Notes under the pieces: model-generated | What the model was told of the DNA's origin: nothing | Databases searched by the model: none | The model's input: the letters and a program-made list of their open reading frames with translations, nothing else | Assembly (NCBI GenBank): GCA_963843575.1 | Contig: CAWJKZ010000010.1 | Location: 32,001 to 96,000, forward strand | Reading direction: 5' to 3' | From: an uncultured Acidobacteriota bacterium | Lineage (GTDB): Bacteria > Acidobacteriota > UBA6911 | DNA length: 64,000 nt | Shown: positions 33,542 to 44,365 of the stretch, piece by piece | Layout: every line of letters starts with the position of its first letter | How positions within the stretch are numbered: the first letter of the stretch is position 1 | Program-made: the position numbers and the translations under genes

Positions 33542-33547
33542 CCCGGG

Positions 33548-33862
33548 TCACTCCGATCCGGAGAGGCGCACCACCTTCCCGGCGAACTCGACGGCGCGCA
33601 TCCAGGCCTTCCTTGTCTCCCCGGTCTCCGGGTCCTTGTACCAGGACCTCCGGCCACTGCCTCTTGAAATTGATGTCCCACTGAACGATCTCTCCCGCAC
33701 GATAGTTCTTCAGCGCGGGCATGCACTCGATCGGGTGATGCCGCTGTACCGGGTCTTCGCTGCGCAGGATCATCAGGTGCGCATCCGCCACCCGCACCCG
33801 ACATTCGGGGTCGGCATAGAAAGGAGGCCGGCGTGAAGGATGAGGTATGGGCGCGCGGGCAT
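33548..33862 (-). CDS. Small hypothetical protein (about 105 aa), reconstructed across 2 frameshifts
   Basis: MPARPYLILHAGLPFYADPECR..WDINFKRQWPESWYKDPETGETRKAWMRAVEFAGK reads as protein-like across frames. Confidence 0.5.
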
Positions 33863-34179
33863 CACCGGCGTGGTTTCGGGATTCGGGTCGAAACTCTCCT
33901 GGGGCCGCCGTCGTCGAAGCAGTGCGGACAACAAAGACATCTCCTCTCCCACTCTGAGTGCGTCGCCTCGGCGCCGCCCCGAAATCGCGACATTGGGCGC
34001 CTCGCCTGGTTGCGTCGCCCGGCCGCACCGGTCCCCACGACGACGCCGGAGGATGATTCTAGTGACAGCGCAAAAACCTTGTCAACCCCACGCCGGGCCA
34101 AAAATCCTGTGTAGTGCTGCGACAATTTATCCGATAAGTGAAACAAGCGGGCTCCCCGGACAGCCAAGGAGATGACAAT

Positions 34180-34898
34180 TTGGGCGTCGTAATTTGTCCG
34201 AAGTGTGGGCGGGTGCAGGATACCGGACCGGAGTGCAGGTGGTGCGGGCTTGTCTTCGAACGCTACCATCCGCCGCGCCAGCGTCCCCGACCGCAGAAGC
34301 TTCCCGTCCGCCCTGCTGCACCGCACCTACCGCGCGTCGTGCTGGGCATCTCTGGGTCTGGGTGTACTGGCCATGCTGCTGGTTCTGCACCAGTCGCCTG
34401 CCCCACAGGTGGACAGCACCCCGGAGGCGGGCAGCCGCGCCCTGGCCAAGATCGCCCAGTTTCGCAGCGCGTCCGGCGGCCAAATCCGCACGCTGCGAAT
34501 GAACGAGGCCGAACTAAACAGTTGGATCATTGCCAACCTGGCCCTGGAGTCCGAGACTCCGGGCCGCGAGAACGCGAGCAGGATCCCGGACCGGCCGTCG
34601 AACTTCGGGACTTCGCGTGCAACCTGCTGGAGGATCGGCTGCGCGCCTACGTCGGGTTCGATTTCCACGGGAAAGAGCTCTCGCTCGAGTTGGAAGGGGC
34701 GTGTCGAAGCACGCGACGGCTACCTGCGCCTTCAGCCGAGCGCCGGCAGACTCGGAACTCTGCCGTTGCCGACCTCGGCCTGGAGAGTGCAGTGGACGCA
34801 TCTTCTGACTCCCGGAGAACCGGGAGAAGTTCCGGATTCCCGACGAGATCCGAAACATCCGCGTCGAGCGACGAGAACTGGTCATCGAGGCTCGCTGA
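34180..34898 (+). CDS. Zn-ribbon plus TM hypothetical protein, multiple frameshifts
   Basis: [14 protein letters not shown], a TM helix, then NEAELNSWI and ..[11 protein letters not shown] segments in different frames. Confidence 0.5.
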
Positions 34899-35530
34899 AC
34901 CGACGGGTGATGGCGCATATCACGCCGACCCAGGCCAGGCCCGCAAGGTAGCCGGCCAGGACGTCGCTCGGGTAGTGCACGCCGAGGTAGATCCTCGAAT
35001 AACCTACGACCAGGACGATCAACGCACATACGCCCCAGATGAGGGTCCGGCGCAGGGGGCTCCCGCGCGGCAGGCGCCAGAATCAGCGCAAGGCTCCCGT
35101 AGAAACAGACCGAATCCAGGGCGTGGCCGCTCGGAAAACTGTAGGAGCTCGGGGCCGCTATCCCGAAAAACGGAACCGGGCGCACCCGGTGAAAGAGCGC
35201 CTTGAGGGCGAGTTGCAGGGGAAAGGAGCCTGCCATGGCCGCCGCAAACAGCAGGGCGGCATTCAACCGCCCGCGACGGACCAGGACAACGACGGCGAGG
35301 ATCGTCCCGGGAAGCCACACGGAGCTCGCACCGAGGTGAGTGGCGGCGTGCAATAACGCTGTGAGTGGCGGACAGGCGTGGCGATGCAGCCCGAACCGCA
35401 GGGCGTCGTCGAGGCCCGTCACGATCCCGAATTGCACCGACGCCGCAACCAGCGCAAAGAGCAGCAGCGTGACCGTAACCACCGCGAAGGCCGCATCTGG
35501 GCTCGCCGCACGGCGATCTGGCTCCGACAT
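34882..35530 (-). CDS. PAP2-family membrane phosphatase, frameshift near 35050
   Basis: [30 protein letters not shown]. Confidence 0.88.
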
Positions 35531-35896
35531 TCAGGAGGGCCTCGGGTAACGGCCCAGAAACACCTGGTCGGTCTTGGCCGCCATGATGAAGTCGTTGTAA
35601 TGCAGACCCCCGATCTTGTGGGTCCACCAGCGCACCGTGGCTCGTCCCCATTCGGTCAGGATCGCCGGGTGGTGGCCTTCCTCCTCGGCCAGATCCCCAA
35701 TCTTCACCGTGAAGGCCAGCGCCTCGGCGAAATCATCGAAAATGTATTCCCGCTCCAGCTGGTCGGTACCGTCCCGGTTGATCAGCTTCCACTCCGGGAT
35801 CTGCGGCTTCAACTCGGCAACCTCAGCCTCGGTCACCCGCGGGGCGCCGATACGGCACGCGGTACACTTCTGCCCGGTCAACTCGGCCATTTCCAT
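35531..35896 (-). CDS. Pterin-4-alpha-carbinolamine dehydratase
   Basis: [25 protein letters not shown]. Confidence 0.93.
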   Translation of the reverse strand: MEMAELTGQKCTACRIGAPRVTEAEVAELKPQIPEWKLINRDGTDQLEREYIFDDFAEALAFTVKIGDLAEEEGHHPAILTEWGRATVRWWTHKIGGLHYNDFIMAAKTDQVFLGRYPRPS

Positions 35897-35977
35897 CCCC
35901 TCCGTTGAAAATTCTACCAGAGCCGTCCCCGCATCCCAGGGTTTGCGGCATCCGACGGTTGACGGCCTCCCGCGCGG

Positions 35978-36724
35978 TTAGAAGTAATCGCACAGCGAAA
36001 AACCCGGTGTGAGCAGCAACGCGTGGCCGGCTTCGGGATACACGTGAAGCGTCGCCCCGGGAATCCGGGCGGCCATGAACCTGCCTTCCTCGAGCGAAGG
36101 GACGATCTTGTCGCGCCCCGACGCGAAGATGTGGGTGGGGACGGAGATCTCCTGGAGCCTGTGGCGCAACTCCACGTCGCGCACCAGTTCCAGGCGGCGG
36201 AGGTAAGCAGCGGGATACACGAGCCGTATGATCTCCCGGTAGCGGCGCCGGTCTTCTGCCGGGATTCCCTCGGCCTTCAGGGTGCGGTCTGCGACAAAAT
36301 CTTTCACCTGTCGGACGGCGGGCGCGGCGAGGAGGGGAGCGAGGCGGCACGCGAGCCGAATACGGACACGGCGGCGGTAGGAGGGAAAAGTGTTCACCAG
36401 CGCGAGCCCCCGAATCCTCTCCGGACAGGCCAGGACGTAGTGAATGGCGACGGGGCCGCCGAACGACTCCCCGACGACCAGGATGGAATGAGGCTCCTCG
36501 CCGGCGGTCCCTTCTGCCAGTTCCTGGACCAGGTCCTGGAAATCGAACGCAGCCCGTCGCCGAAAGGCCCACGGGCGCACGCGGTATCGGGCCTCGAGCG
36601 CACCCGTCTGCCGGTAAAACAGCCTTCCCGTGCCGTCCAGGCCGGGAATCAGCAGCGCCAAGGGCTTCTTTGGCTCCGGTCCCCTCTCGTTCATTCCGCC
36701 GGCTTTCCTGACCGCGCCGCTCAT
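35978..36724 (-). CDS. Alpha/beta hydrolase
   Basis: IPGLDG, GESFGG, D.IVP, AGH. Confidence 0.88.
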   Translation of the reverse strand: MSGAVRKAGGMNERGPEPKKPLALLIPGLDGTGRLFYRQTGALEARYRVRPWAFRRRAAFDFQDLVQELAEGTAGEEPHSILVVGESFGGPVAIHYVLACPERIRGLALVNTFPSYRRRVRIRLACRLAPLLAAPAVRQVKDFVADRTLKAEGIPAEDRRRYREIIRLVYPAAYLRRLELVRDVELRHRLQEISVPTHIFASGRDKIVPSLEEGRFMAARIPGATLHVYPEAGHALLLTPGFSLCDYF

Positions 36725-36799
36725 GCTACCGCGGCCGTAATTTGATTATGCAAACCGCTGAGTCTTTATTAAAATCATTTTTTTCCCGGACAACACCTG

Positions 36800-37864
36800 A
36801 TGGCGAACGTCTATGCGGTGGTGATGGCAGGCGGGCGGGGCGAACGGTTTTGGCCCCTGAGCACGGAGAGCGTGCCCAAACCTTTCGTCCCGCTGCTGGG
36901 CGCAAGAACGCTCCTGCAGGAAACCGTCGCGCGGTTGACGGGCCTGATCCCGCCGGAACGGATACTTCTCTCCATCGGCGAGGCTCATCGGGAACTCGCG
37001 CGCCGGCAGCTGCCCGGGCTCCCTCCCGAGAACCTGATCGTCGAACCCGAGGGCCGGGACACGGCCGCGTGCCTGGGATATTGCGCCCTGCACCTGGAGC
37101 GGCGCGACCGTGATGCGCTCATGCTGGCCGTACCCGCCGACCACTACGTGTCGGACGCGTCCGCGTATCGGCGCACGATCGAGAAAGGGATACGCAGTCT
37201 GCCCGGTGCCGCCGCGATCGTCTTCGGTATTGTGCCGACGCGCCCCGAAACCGGTTACGGGTACGTCCGGGCGGAAAAGCCCTCCGTGCCCGCCGAAGCG
37301 TGGCCGGTGATGCGCTTTGTCGAGAAGCCCGACGCTGCCCGCGCCTTGGCCTATCTCCGGGCGGGCGATTATTTCTGGAACAGCGGTATCTTCCTGTGGA
37401 GCAACGGCACGCTCCTCGAACTCTTCAGACACCACCTGCCGGGAACCTACGAGGGTCTGCGGAAGTTGCAGCCCTACCTGGTCCGGCAGGACGCGACCCG
37501 CGAGCTGCGGGCTGCATTCTGCGCGCTGCAGAGGATATCGGTCGACTTCGGGATCCTCGAGAAAACCGCCGGGTTGCGCCTGGTCCCGGCGGAGTTCGCG
37601 TGGGACGACATCGGCAACTGGGCCGCCCTGGACAGGGCGCTCCCGCGCGACGCGGCCGGCAATGTCTCGTGTGGCGCCCACACGACACTCCAGGCGGAAC
37701 GGTGCATCGTCTATTCGGATGCCGGCACGGTCGCGGTTTTCGGGGTATCGGACCTCGTCGTCGTGCAGGCCAACGGGAAGGTTCTGGTCTGCCCGAAAGA
37801 GAGGGCCCCGGAGCTGAAGCGCCTCGTCGGGGAGCTTGGCCCGGAACAACGCGGACACCGCTGA
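36800..37864 (+). CDS. manC: Mannose-1-phosphate guanylyltransferase
   Basis: [49 protein letters not shown]. Confidence 0.93.
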   Translation: MANVYAVVMAGGRGERFWPLSTESVPKPFVPLLGARTLLQETVARLTGLIPPERILLSIGEAHRELARRQLPGLPPENLIVEPEGRDTAACLGYCALHLERRDRDALMLAVPADHYVSDASAYRRTIEKGIRSLPGAAAIVFGIVPTRPETGYGYVRAEKPSVPAEAWPVMRFVEKPDAARALAYLRAGDYFWNSGIFLWSNGTLLELFRHHLPGTYEGLRKLQPYLVRQDATRELRAAFCALQRISVDFGILEKTAGLRLVPAEFAWDDIGNWAALDRALPRDAAGNVSCGAHTTLQAERCIVYSDAGTVAVFGVSDLVVVQANGKVLVCPKERAPELKRLVGELGPEQRGHR

Positions 37865-37934
37865 ACACCCTGGGAGAGGCGCGGCAGGGCCGCGGGCCGT
37901 TTCCCCGCATCATTTTTTCAGGAGACACTCGGCA

Positions 37935-39179
37935 ATGAAGGCAAAGGTGGACAAGGTGGTGCTCGCCTACAGCGGCGGGCTGGACACATCGATAATCATT
38001 CCCTGGCTGAAGGAGAACTACGGGGCTGAGGTCATCGCCTTCGCGGCCGATATCGGGCAGGGGGCGGAGCTGATGGGCCTGGAAGAGAAGGCGATACGCA
38101 CGGGGGCCTCCAAGTGCATCATCGAGGATCTGCGCGAGGAGTTTCTGCGCGAGTTCGTCTTCCCCACCCTGCGGGCCGGTGCAGTGTATGAGAGAAAGTA
38201 CCTGCTCGGCACCTCCTTCGCGCGGCCCCTGATCGCGCGCAGGCAGGTGGAAATCGCCGAACGGGAGCAGGCCGATGCCGTCGCGCACGGCTGCACGGGC
38301 AAAGGGAACGACCAGGTCCGTTTCGAACTGGCCTACAAGGCCCTTAACCCGAAGCTGCGGATCATCGCGCCATGGCGCGAGTGGGACATCAAGTCCCGCG
38401 AGGACGAGATCGACTACGCGCAGGACCGGAAAGTGCCCATCAGCGCGACTCGGGACAAGATCTACAGCGAGGACCGCAACCTCTGGCACATCAGCCACGA
38501 GGGAGGCATCCTCGAGGATCCCTGGGCGGAGCCCGAGGAGAAGATGTACAGCATCTCGACTTCGCCCGAGAAGGCGCCCGAAAGGCCGCAGTACGTAGAG
38601 ATCTCTTTCGAGCGGGGAACGCCGGTGGCCGTCGACGGCACGAGCCTCGGCCCCGTCGCCCTGCTGGAGTGCCTCAACCGCATCGGCGGCACCCACGGCA
38701 TCGGAAGGGTCGACCTGGTGGAGAACCGCCTGGTCGGCATGAAGTCGCGCGGCGTGTACGAAACGCCCGGCGGTACCCTCCTGCTGGCCGCGCACAGGGA
38801 ACTGGAGTCGCTCACGCTCGATCGCATGACGCTTCACTACAAGGACATCCTCGCGGGCAAGTACGCCGAAATCGTGTACAACGGGCAATGGTTCACGCCC
38901 CTGCGCGACGCGATGGACGCCTTCATCGACTCGACGCAGAACCGGGTCACCGGCACCGTCCGGCTGAAGCTCTACAAGGGGAACGTCATCGTGGCGGGGC
39001 GCAAGTCGCCCTTCTCGCTCTACCGCGAAGACCTGGCCACTTTCGGGGAAGACATGGTCTACGATCAGAGGGAGGCCGAAGGATTTGTCAATCTGTTCGG
39101 GCTTCCCAGCAAGGTCGAAGCTCTCTTGGACCTGTCCGGGGTGCGCAAAACCACCTACCGCATGAGGACCCGGCGCTGA
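37935..39179 (+). CDS. argG: Argininosuccinate synthase
   Basis: [42 protein letters not shown]. Confidence 0.98.
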   Translation: MKAKVDKVVLAYSGGLDTSIIIPWLKENYGAEVIAFAADIGQGAELMGLEEKAIRTGASKCIIEDLREEFLREFVFPTLRAGAVYERKYLLGTSFARPLIARRQVEIAEREQADAVAHGCTGKGNDQVRFELAYKALNPKLRIIAPWREWDIKSREDEIDYAQDRKVPISATRDKIYSEDRNLWHISHEGGILEDPWAEPEEKMYSISTSPEKAPERPQYVEISFERGTPVAVDGTSLGPVALLECLNRIGGTHGIGRVDLVENRLVGMKSRGVYETPGGTLLLAAHRELESLTLDRMTLHYKDILAGKYAEIVYNGQWFTPLRDAMDAFIDSTQNRVTGTVRLKLYKGNVIVAGRKSPFSLYREDLATFGEDMVYDQREAEGFVNLFGLPSKVEALLDLSGVRKTTYRMRTRR

Positions 39180-39253
39180 TAAACTTAAACGCCCGGGACA
39201 CGTCGTCGCGCTCCCTTACCCTTACCTGGGCTTTTTGAGGGGCCCGGGCGCTG

Positions 39254-39520
39254 AGAGTCTGTCACAGAATAACAGGTCCACTTTGCTGCAGGCCCTCAGG
39301 CCCGTTGACAAGGCGCGAGCGACGAGCATACGCGGGGGTGGTATGTAAGGAGCGAGCAATGCAGTCTGCGGGCCGCAGCCCCGAGGAGCGCGGCGGCGGG
39401 CGGGCATCTGCGGCGTTGCCGCTCCTCGACGATGTCCCCACATCGCCTGCGTCGCGGCGCCTTGCATCTGCCCGCCCGGCGCTCGCGCCAAAGTGGGCCT
39501 GTTATTCTGTGACAGACTCT
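39254..39520. mobile_element. MITE-like non-autonomous element with 32-bp terminal inverted repeats
   Basis: AGAGTCTGTCACAGAATAACAGGTCCACTTTG (39254-39285) against CAAAGTGGGCCTGTTATTCTGTGACAGACTCT (39489-39520), 31/32 match; no transposase inside. Confidence 0.8.
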
Positions 39521-39530
39521 AAGGTGGATT

Positions 39531-39983
39531 ATGTTCAAAAAGCTTGCCCTGCCGGTCCTCGCCGTTCTGGTTTTGGCGGCCGGCGCCTACTATTTCTTCG
39601 CCCCCGCGCGTAAAACGCTGCCGCCGCCGGAGGCCGGGATACCGATCTACCCGGGGGCGCAATCCGACAGCGACTCGTTTTCGGCGCGGCTGTCGCCCAA
39701 GGACCGGGCGCGCCTGATCAAGGCCGTCATCCTGCAGACCGAGGATCCGCCCGGCAAGGTTATCGAATACTACAAGCGCAACCTGGGCGGGAAAGCCCGA
39801 ATCCTGGAGATGAAAAACCAGGGGACGCCCACCGCGATATTCCAGGTCAACGCCGAAGGCACCCAAAAAGTGGTTTCTGTCCGGCTCAACGACGACACCG
39901 GTAAGACCGAGATTTTCATCGGCTACGGAGACCCCAATAGCATCGTTTTCAAATCCAATCGCGAGACACAGCAGAAGAAATAA
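39531..39983 (+). CDS. Hypothetical exported or membrane-anchored protein
   Basis: N-terminal hydrophobic helix, IPIYPGA, VIEYYK. Confidence 0.75.
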   Translation: MFKKLALPVLAVLVLAAGAYYFFAPARKTLPPPEAGIPIYPGAQSDSDSFSARLSPKDRARLIKAVILQTEDPPGKVIEYYKRNLGGKARILEMKNQGTPTAIFQVNAEGTQKVVSVRLNDDTGKTEIFIGYGDPNSIVFKSNRETQQKK

Positions 39984-39987
39984 GGGC

Positions 39988-41640
39988 ATGCCCCTCGTCG
40001 AGCAGATTCCTTTCCGCAAGATACCGAATCAGTCCAGGCTGTTCCTGGACTACGTCGCTTTGGCCCCTGCCGGCCTCCCCTTTTACCAACGGCCTCCGAC
40101 GATCGGCGACCTCGAGGGATCGGCCCGCGAGCTGACCCCGGCCCTGTCGTTCAGACGCGAGGAGCTCGCCTTGGTCCTGCACCGACAGAACGCGGCATTC
40201 GGCGGAGGGCCGGCCTCCGCCGCCCACATAGAAGAGCTGCGGGAACCCGATGGGGTCGCCGTGGTGACGGGCCAGCAGGTGGGTCTCTTCACCGGGCCCC
40301 TTTACACCGTCTACAAGGCGGTCACCGCGATCCGCCTCGCCGCGGAGTTGCGCGCGCGCGGAGTGCGGGCGATTCCGGTCTTTTGGATGGACAGCGAGGA
40401 CCACGACCTGGCGGAGATCATGCACGCCACGCTCCTGCCGGCCGGAGCGCAGGCACGGAGGGTCGATTTCCGCACCAAGCTCTATGCCGGTGCGCCCGAG
40501 CACCCTCAACCGGTCGGGCGCATGAAGATCCCCGCCACCATCGGCGCGGCTGTCCTGGAGTTTCTTGCAGGCCTCCCGGAGGGCCCCTACAAGCCGACCG
40601 TGGCCGAGGTCCTCGATCGCGCCTACCGACCCGGCTCCACGTTCGCCGAGGCGTTCGCGCGCGTGCTGACCTGGCTTCTCGGTGACCGCGGGCTGGTGCT
40701 GTTTGACCCGAGCGACCCCGAGGCGAAACGACTGGCGGGGAGCGTCTTCCTCACCTCGGTACGACGCGCCGACGAGGCGTACGCCAGGTTGCTGCAGCGC
40801 AATGGCGAACTCGAGCGGCAAGGCTATCATGCCCAGGTGGCGCTGCAGGATCGTTCGACCCTGCTGTTTCTGAACCACGAGGGGGAGCGGCGGGCCGTGA
40901 CACGCGACGCGGAGGGATTCGGCCTGAAAAACACCGAGGTCGTTTTCAGCCCCGACACACTTGCGCGCATGGCGGAGCGCGAACCCGAGTGCTTCAGCCC
41001 AAACGTGCTCCTCAGGCCCATTGTCCAGGACTCGCTCTTCCCCACCGCCGCCTATGTCGCAGGCCCGGCCGAGGTGGCATATTTCGCTCAGGCCCATGCC
41101 CTGTACCCTATGTTCGGCCGGCCCATGCCGGTGATATGGCCGCGGTCAAGCTTCACGCTGCTGGAACCGGAGGTTTCGTCCGCCATGGCGGCCCACCACC
41201 TCGTCGTGGAAGACTGCTTCGGCGACAGGGAGCACGTGGTCCGGAAAATGCTGACGGCCCGTGGAGACACCGATGCCTTGTCCATCCTGAACGACTTGCG
41301 CCTGACGCTGGAGCGCGAGGTCGGGCAACTGCGCCCGGCCCTCGTCGCGACGGATCCGTCGCTCGGGCCAGCACTCGATACGGCCGGCCGCAAGGTGTCG
41401 TCTCACGTCGACGCGCTGAAGGCCAGGTTCGTGCACCTGGAGGCGAAGCGCAACGGAGCGCTGGAAAGCGTGGCCGACTACCTGCTGGCTCACTGCCGCC
41501 CCCGGGGAAACCTGCAGGAGCGGGAGTTGAACGTGAACCACTTTTTTGCCCGGTTCGGTCCCGCCTTCGTCGAGGACATCGTCCGGCTCGCCGGCAATGG
41601 GAGCTTCGGGCACGGCATCGTGCGCCTGGGGCCGGAGTAG
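39988..41640 (+). CDS. bshC: Bacillithiol biosynthesis cysteine-adding enzyme
   Basis: VVTGQQVGLFTGPLYTVYK, FWMDSEDHD, FSPNVLLRP..QD, GPAEVAYFAQ, PR, LQERE. Confidence 0.93.
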   Translation: MPLVEQIPFRKIPNQSRLFLDYVALAPAGLPFYQRPPTIGDLEGSARELTPALSFRREELALVLHRQNAAFGGGPASAAHIEELREPDGVAVVTGQQVGLFTGPLYTVYKAVTAIRLAAELRARGVRAIPVFWMDSEDHDLAEIMHATLLPAGAQARRVDFRTKLYAGAPEHPQPVGRMKIPATIGAAVLEFLAGLPEGPYKPTVAEVLDRAYRPGSTFAEAFARVLTWLLGDRGLVLFDPSDPEAKRLAGSVFLTSVRRADEAYARLLQRNGELERQGYHAQVALQDRSTLLFLNHEGERRAVTRDAEGFGLKNTEVVFSPDTLARMAEREPECFSPNVLLRPIVQDSLFPTAAYVAGPAEVAYFAQAHALYPMFGRPMPVIWPRSSFTLLEPEVSSAMAAHHLVVEDCFGDREHVVRKMLTARGDTDALSILNDLRLTLEREVGQLRPALVATDPSLGPALDTAGRKVSSHVDALKARFVHLEAKRNGALESVADYLLAHCRPRGNLQERELNVNHFFARFGPAFVEDIVRLAGNGSFGHGIVRLGPE

Positions 41641-41679
41641 CCCGCGTCCGCAAGGCCTCGCCTTGAGAGAAAGGGGAGC

Positions 41680-44289
41680 ATGAGACTGCGAATTCCCTGC
41701 GCTATCCTGCTGACCGTCCTGATGTCCGTCTCGTCACGGGCGGACAATCGAAACGTCTACCCCATCCCGGAAGAGCGCGGCACGGCCGGAACGCTCGCAG
41801 CCCTGCAGGCGCTTCCGGTGCACGCCCGAGTGCTTTACATCATCGCTCACCCGGACGACGAGGGCGCCGGCACCCTGACGTGGCTGGCGCGAAAGGCGCA
41901 CGTCCAGACGGCGCTGTTCTGCCTGACACGTGGCGACGGGGGGCAGAATGTCCTGGGCACCGAGAAGTACGAGGCCATGGGACTGGTGCGCACCGGGGAG
42001 TTGCTGGAAGCCTGCAGGCTCTACGGCGTGGAACCGTATTTCTCGACCGTCTTCGAGTTCGGCTTCTCGAAGAGCGCGCAGGAAACGCTGGAGAAGTGGG
42101 GGCACGAGGCCACTCTCGAGGAGGTGGTCCGGTTCATCCGGCGGTGGCGCCCTCATGTCGTCATCTCCCGATTCGCCGGGGCCGGAGGCGACGGACACGG
42201 CCACCACCAGGCGGCTGGAATCCTGTCCGTCGAGGCCTATCGTGCGGCAGGCGACCCCAAACGTTTTCCTCAGCACATCGCCGCGGGTCTTCCAGCCTGG
42301 CAGCCGCGGAAGCTCTACGAGAGCGCCAGGGGTGGCGGCGGACTGCGCATTCCCGTGGGCGACTACGACCCCGTGCTGGGCCGGTCCTATCGCCAGATCG
42401 GAGCCGAGGGTTACAGCAAGCACCGTTCCCAGGGCAACGGCGCCGGGTTTGCCCTTCCCGTCCAGTCCTACGAGGGGCTGAGGCTTGTTGAATCGGTGCC
42501 CCCGGGCGGGAACGAGGCACAGCTGTTCGACGCCGTGGACACCTCCCTGTCGTCCATCCTGGAAATCGGTGCCGAGCACCGGCGGGCCCTGGTTTCCCTC
42601 GAGCCCGACATCCGGGAAGCGCAGGAAGCGGCTGACGAGGCATGGCGCTTGTTCGATCCGCAGCACCCGGAAAAGAGCGCCCCGGCGGCCGCCCGGGGGA
42701 TCGTCAGCCTCGCGCAGGCCCTCAACCGGCTCGAGCAGGCCCCTCTGCCCAAGGACGCCCGCAATGTCGTGGCCGACGCTCTGCGCCGCAAACTGCACGA
42801 CTTCCGCGAAGCCGTGAACGCCACCCTCGGGATTTACCTCGTGGCGGCGGCAGAGGAAGCTACGGCGTTCCCCGGAGAGACGGTGGCCGTAAACGCGACG
42901 CTGTTCGACAGGGGAACCGCACCGGTGCCGCTGAAGCGACTGCGCATCGTGGCACCGAACGGGTGGACCGCGCCTACCGAACAGCATGCGCCTTCGACGG
43001 TGGAGGCGGCTGGGAGCGTGCAGCGGCGCTTCCCGGTCGAAATCCCTCCGGATGCGAAGCCCACGGAACCGTTCTGGTATCGCGAGAACCGAAACGAGAC
43101 GCGCTATCACGTGCGGCCGACCCCGGATGTGTTCGCCCCGTTCGATCCCCCGGTGCTCACCGCGACGGCGGTCTACGAGTTCCGCGGGGCGGAAGTCGAG
43201 ATCGCGGTCCCAGTCCGCGCCCAAGCCAGCGACCCGATCCGCGGAGCCGATTTTGTGGATTTCCAGGTCGTTCCCCTGCTCTCGGTAGCCTTCAGGCCTG
43301 AAATCGCCATCGTGCCGTCCTCGCCCGCCACCGGGACGCGCGAAGTCCAGGTATCGATCCTCGGCAATGCCGCCGCCGGGGTGATGGGCAACGCGCGGCT
43401 CGAGGTCCCGAAGGGTTGGAGCGTCGAACCCCGGTCGGCGCCGTTTAAGACCTCGAGGAAAGGCGAGTCGATCACCCTGAGGTTCAACGTGCGCGTCCCG
43501 GCGGCAACCAGCCCCGGCAATTACCCAGTATCCGCGGTCGCCACCGCCCGGGGGCAGGAGTTCCGGCGTGGCTACCGCGTGATTTCCTACCCCGAAAACT
43601 GGACGCGGCACCTCTATACGCCCGCGGCCGGCTCCGTCGAGATCTTCGACCTGAAGGTGGCGCCGCGGCTGACGGTGGGGTACGTCGCGGGAGCAGGGGA
43701 CGAAGTGGCGCAGGCGCTCTCCCAGATGGTCCGTGTCCAGGTGCTCTCCGCAGATGACCTTGCCTACGGCGATCTGAGCCGGTTCTCGGCCGTCGTTGTC
43801 GGGATTCGCGCCTACAACGTCAACGAGGACCTCCAGACCCACTACCAGCGGCTGCTGAGGTATGTCGAACAGGGGGGCACCCTGATCGTACAATATAACA
43901 CCCCCCGCGGCGCCTCATCGCCCTTCCCCTACGGGCCCTACCCCATGACCATGTCGGCCGCCGACCGCATAACCGTCGAGGACTCGCCGGTCAGGATCCT
44001 CGAGCACCAAAATCCCATTTTCAACGTCCCGAACAAAATCACCGACGCCGACTTCCAGGGGTGGGTGCAAGAGCGGGGCCTGTATTTCATGAGCCAGTGG
44101 GACCCGAGGTACACGCCATTGCTGTCGGGTAACGACCCGGGTGAGACACCGAAAAATGGTGGCACTCTGTTTGCGCGCTACGGCAAGGGGTGTTACATCT
44201 ACACGGCGTACGCCTGGTTTCGCGAGCTTCCCGCGGGCGTTCCGGGAGCGTTCCGGCTTTTCGCGAACATCCTGAGCTTCGGCCGGTAG
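41680..44289 (+). CDS. Secreted PIG-L/LmbE deacetylase with NEW3-like and C-terminal glutamine-amidotransferase-like domains
   Basis: Signal peptide, AHPDDE, TRGDGGQN, GHGHH, HRSQG, GIRAY, WVQERGLYF. Confidence 0.88.
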   Translation: MRLRIPCAILLTVLMSVSSRADNRNVYPIPEERGTAGTLAALQALPVHARVLYIIAHPDDEGAGTLTWLARKAHVQTALFCLTRGDGGQNVLGTEKYEAMGLVRTGELLEACRLYGVEPYFSTVFEFGFSKSAQETLEKWGHEATLEEVVRFIRRWRPHVVISRFAGAGGDGHGHHQAAGILSVEAYRAAGDPKRFPQHIAAGLPAWQPRKLYESARGGGGLRIPVGDYDPVLGRSYRQIGAEGYSKHRSQGNGAGFALPVQSYEGLRLVESVPPGGNEAQLFDAVDTSLSSILEIGAEHRRALVSLEPDIREAQEAADEAWRLFDPQHPEKSAPAAARGIVSLAQALNRLEQAPLPKDARNVVADALRRKLHDFREAVNATLGIYLVAAAEEATAFPGETVAVNATLFDRGTAPVPLKRLRIVAPNGWTAPTEQHAPSTVEAAGSVQRRFPVEIPPDAKPTEPFWYRENRNETRYHVRPTPDVFAPFDPPVLTATAVYEFRGAEVEIAVPVRAQASDPIRGADFVDFQVVPLLSVAFRPEIAIVPSSPATGTREVQVSILGNAAAGVMGNARLEVPKGWSVEPRSAPFKTSRKGESITLRFNVRVPAATSPGNYPVSAVATARGQEFRRGYRVISYPENWTRHLYTPAAGSVEIFDLKVAPRLTVGYVAGAGDEVAQALSQMVRVQVLSADDLAYGDLSRFSAVVVGIRAYNVNEDLQTHYQRLLRYVEQGGTLIVQYNTPRGASSPFPYGPYPMTMSAADRITVEDSPVRILEHQNPIFNVPNKITDADFQGWVQERGLYFMSQWDPRYTPLLSGNDPGETPKNGGTLFARYGKGCYIYTAYAWFRELPAGVPGAFRLFANILSFGR

Positions 44290-44333
44290 GAGGAGTCCAG
44301 CGGTCGATACCGGGGTAGGCGGGATCGCAGTTC

Positions 44334-44357
44334 GGTGCGGCGCCGAGGCGCCGCACC
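44334..44357. repeat. REP-like palindrome
   Basis: GGTGCGGCGCCGAGGCGCCGCACC between convergent genes. Confidence 0.75.
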
Positions 44358-44365
44358 CCATAGGG

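Noticed and set aside
31591-33684. 697-aa hydrolase-CoaX fusion ORF
   Set aside because: Removing one T near 32705 restores DFVRTVG* at 32723. coaX has its own ATG and GGGGGA RBS, and the tail is out of frame after 33060.
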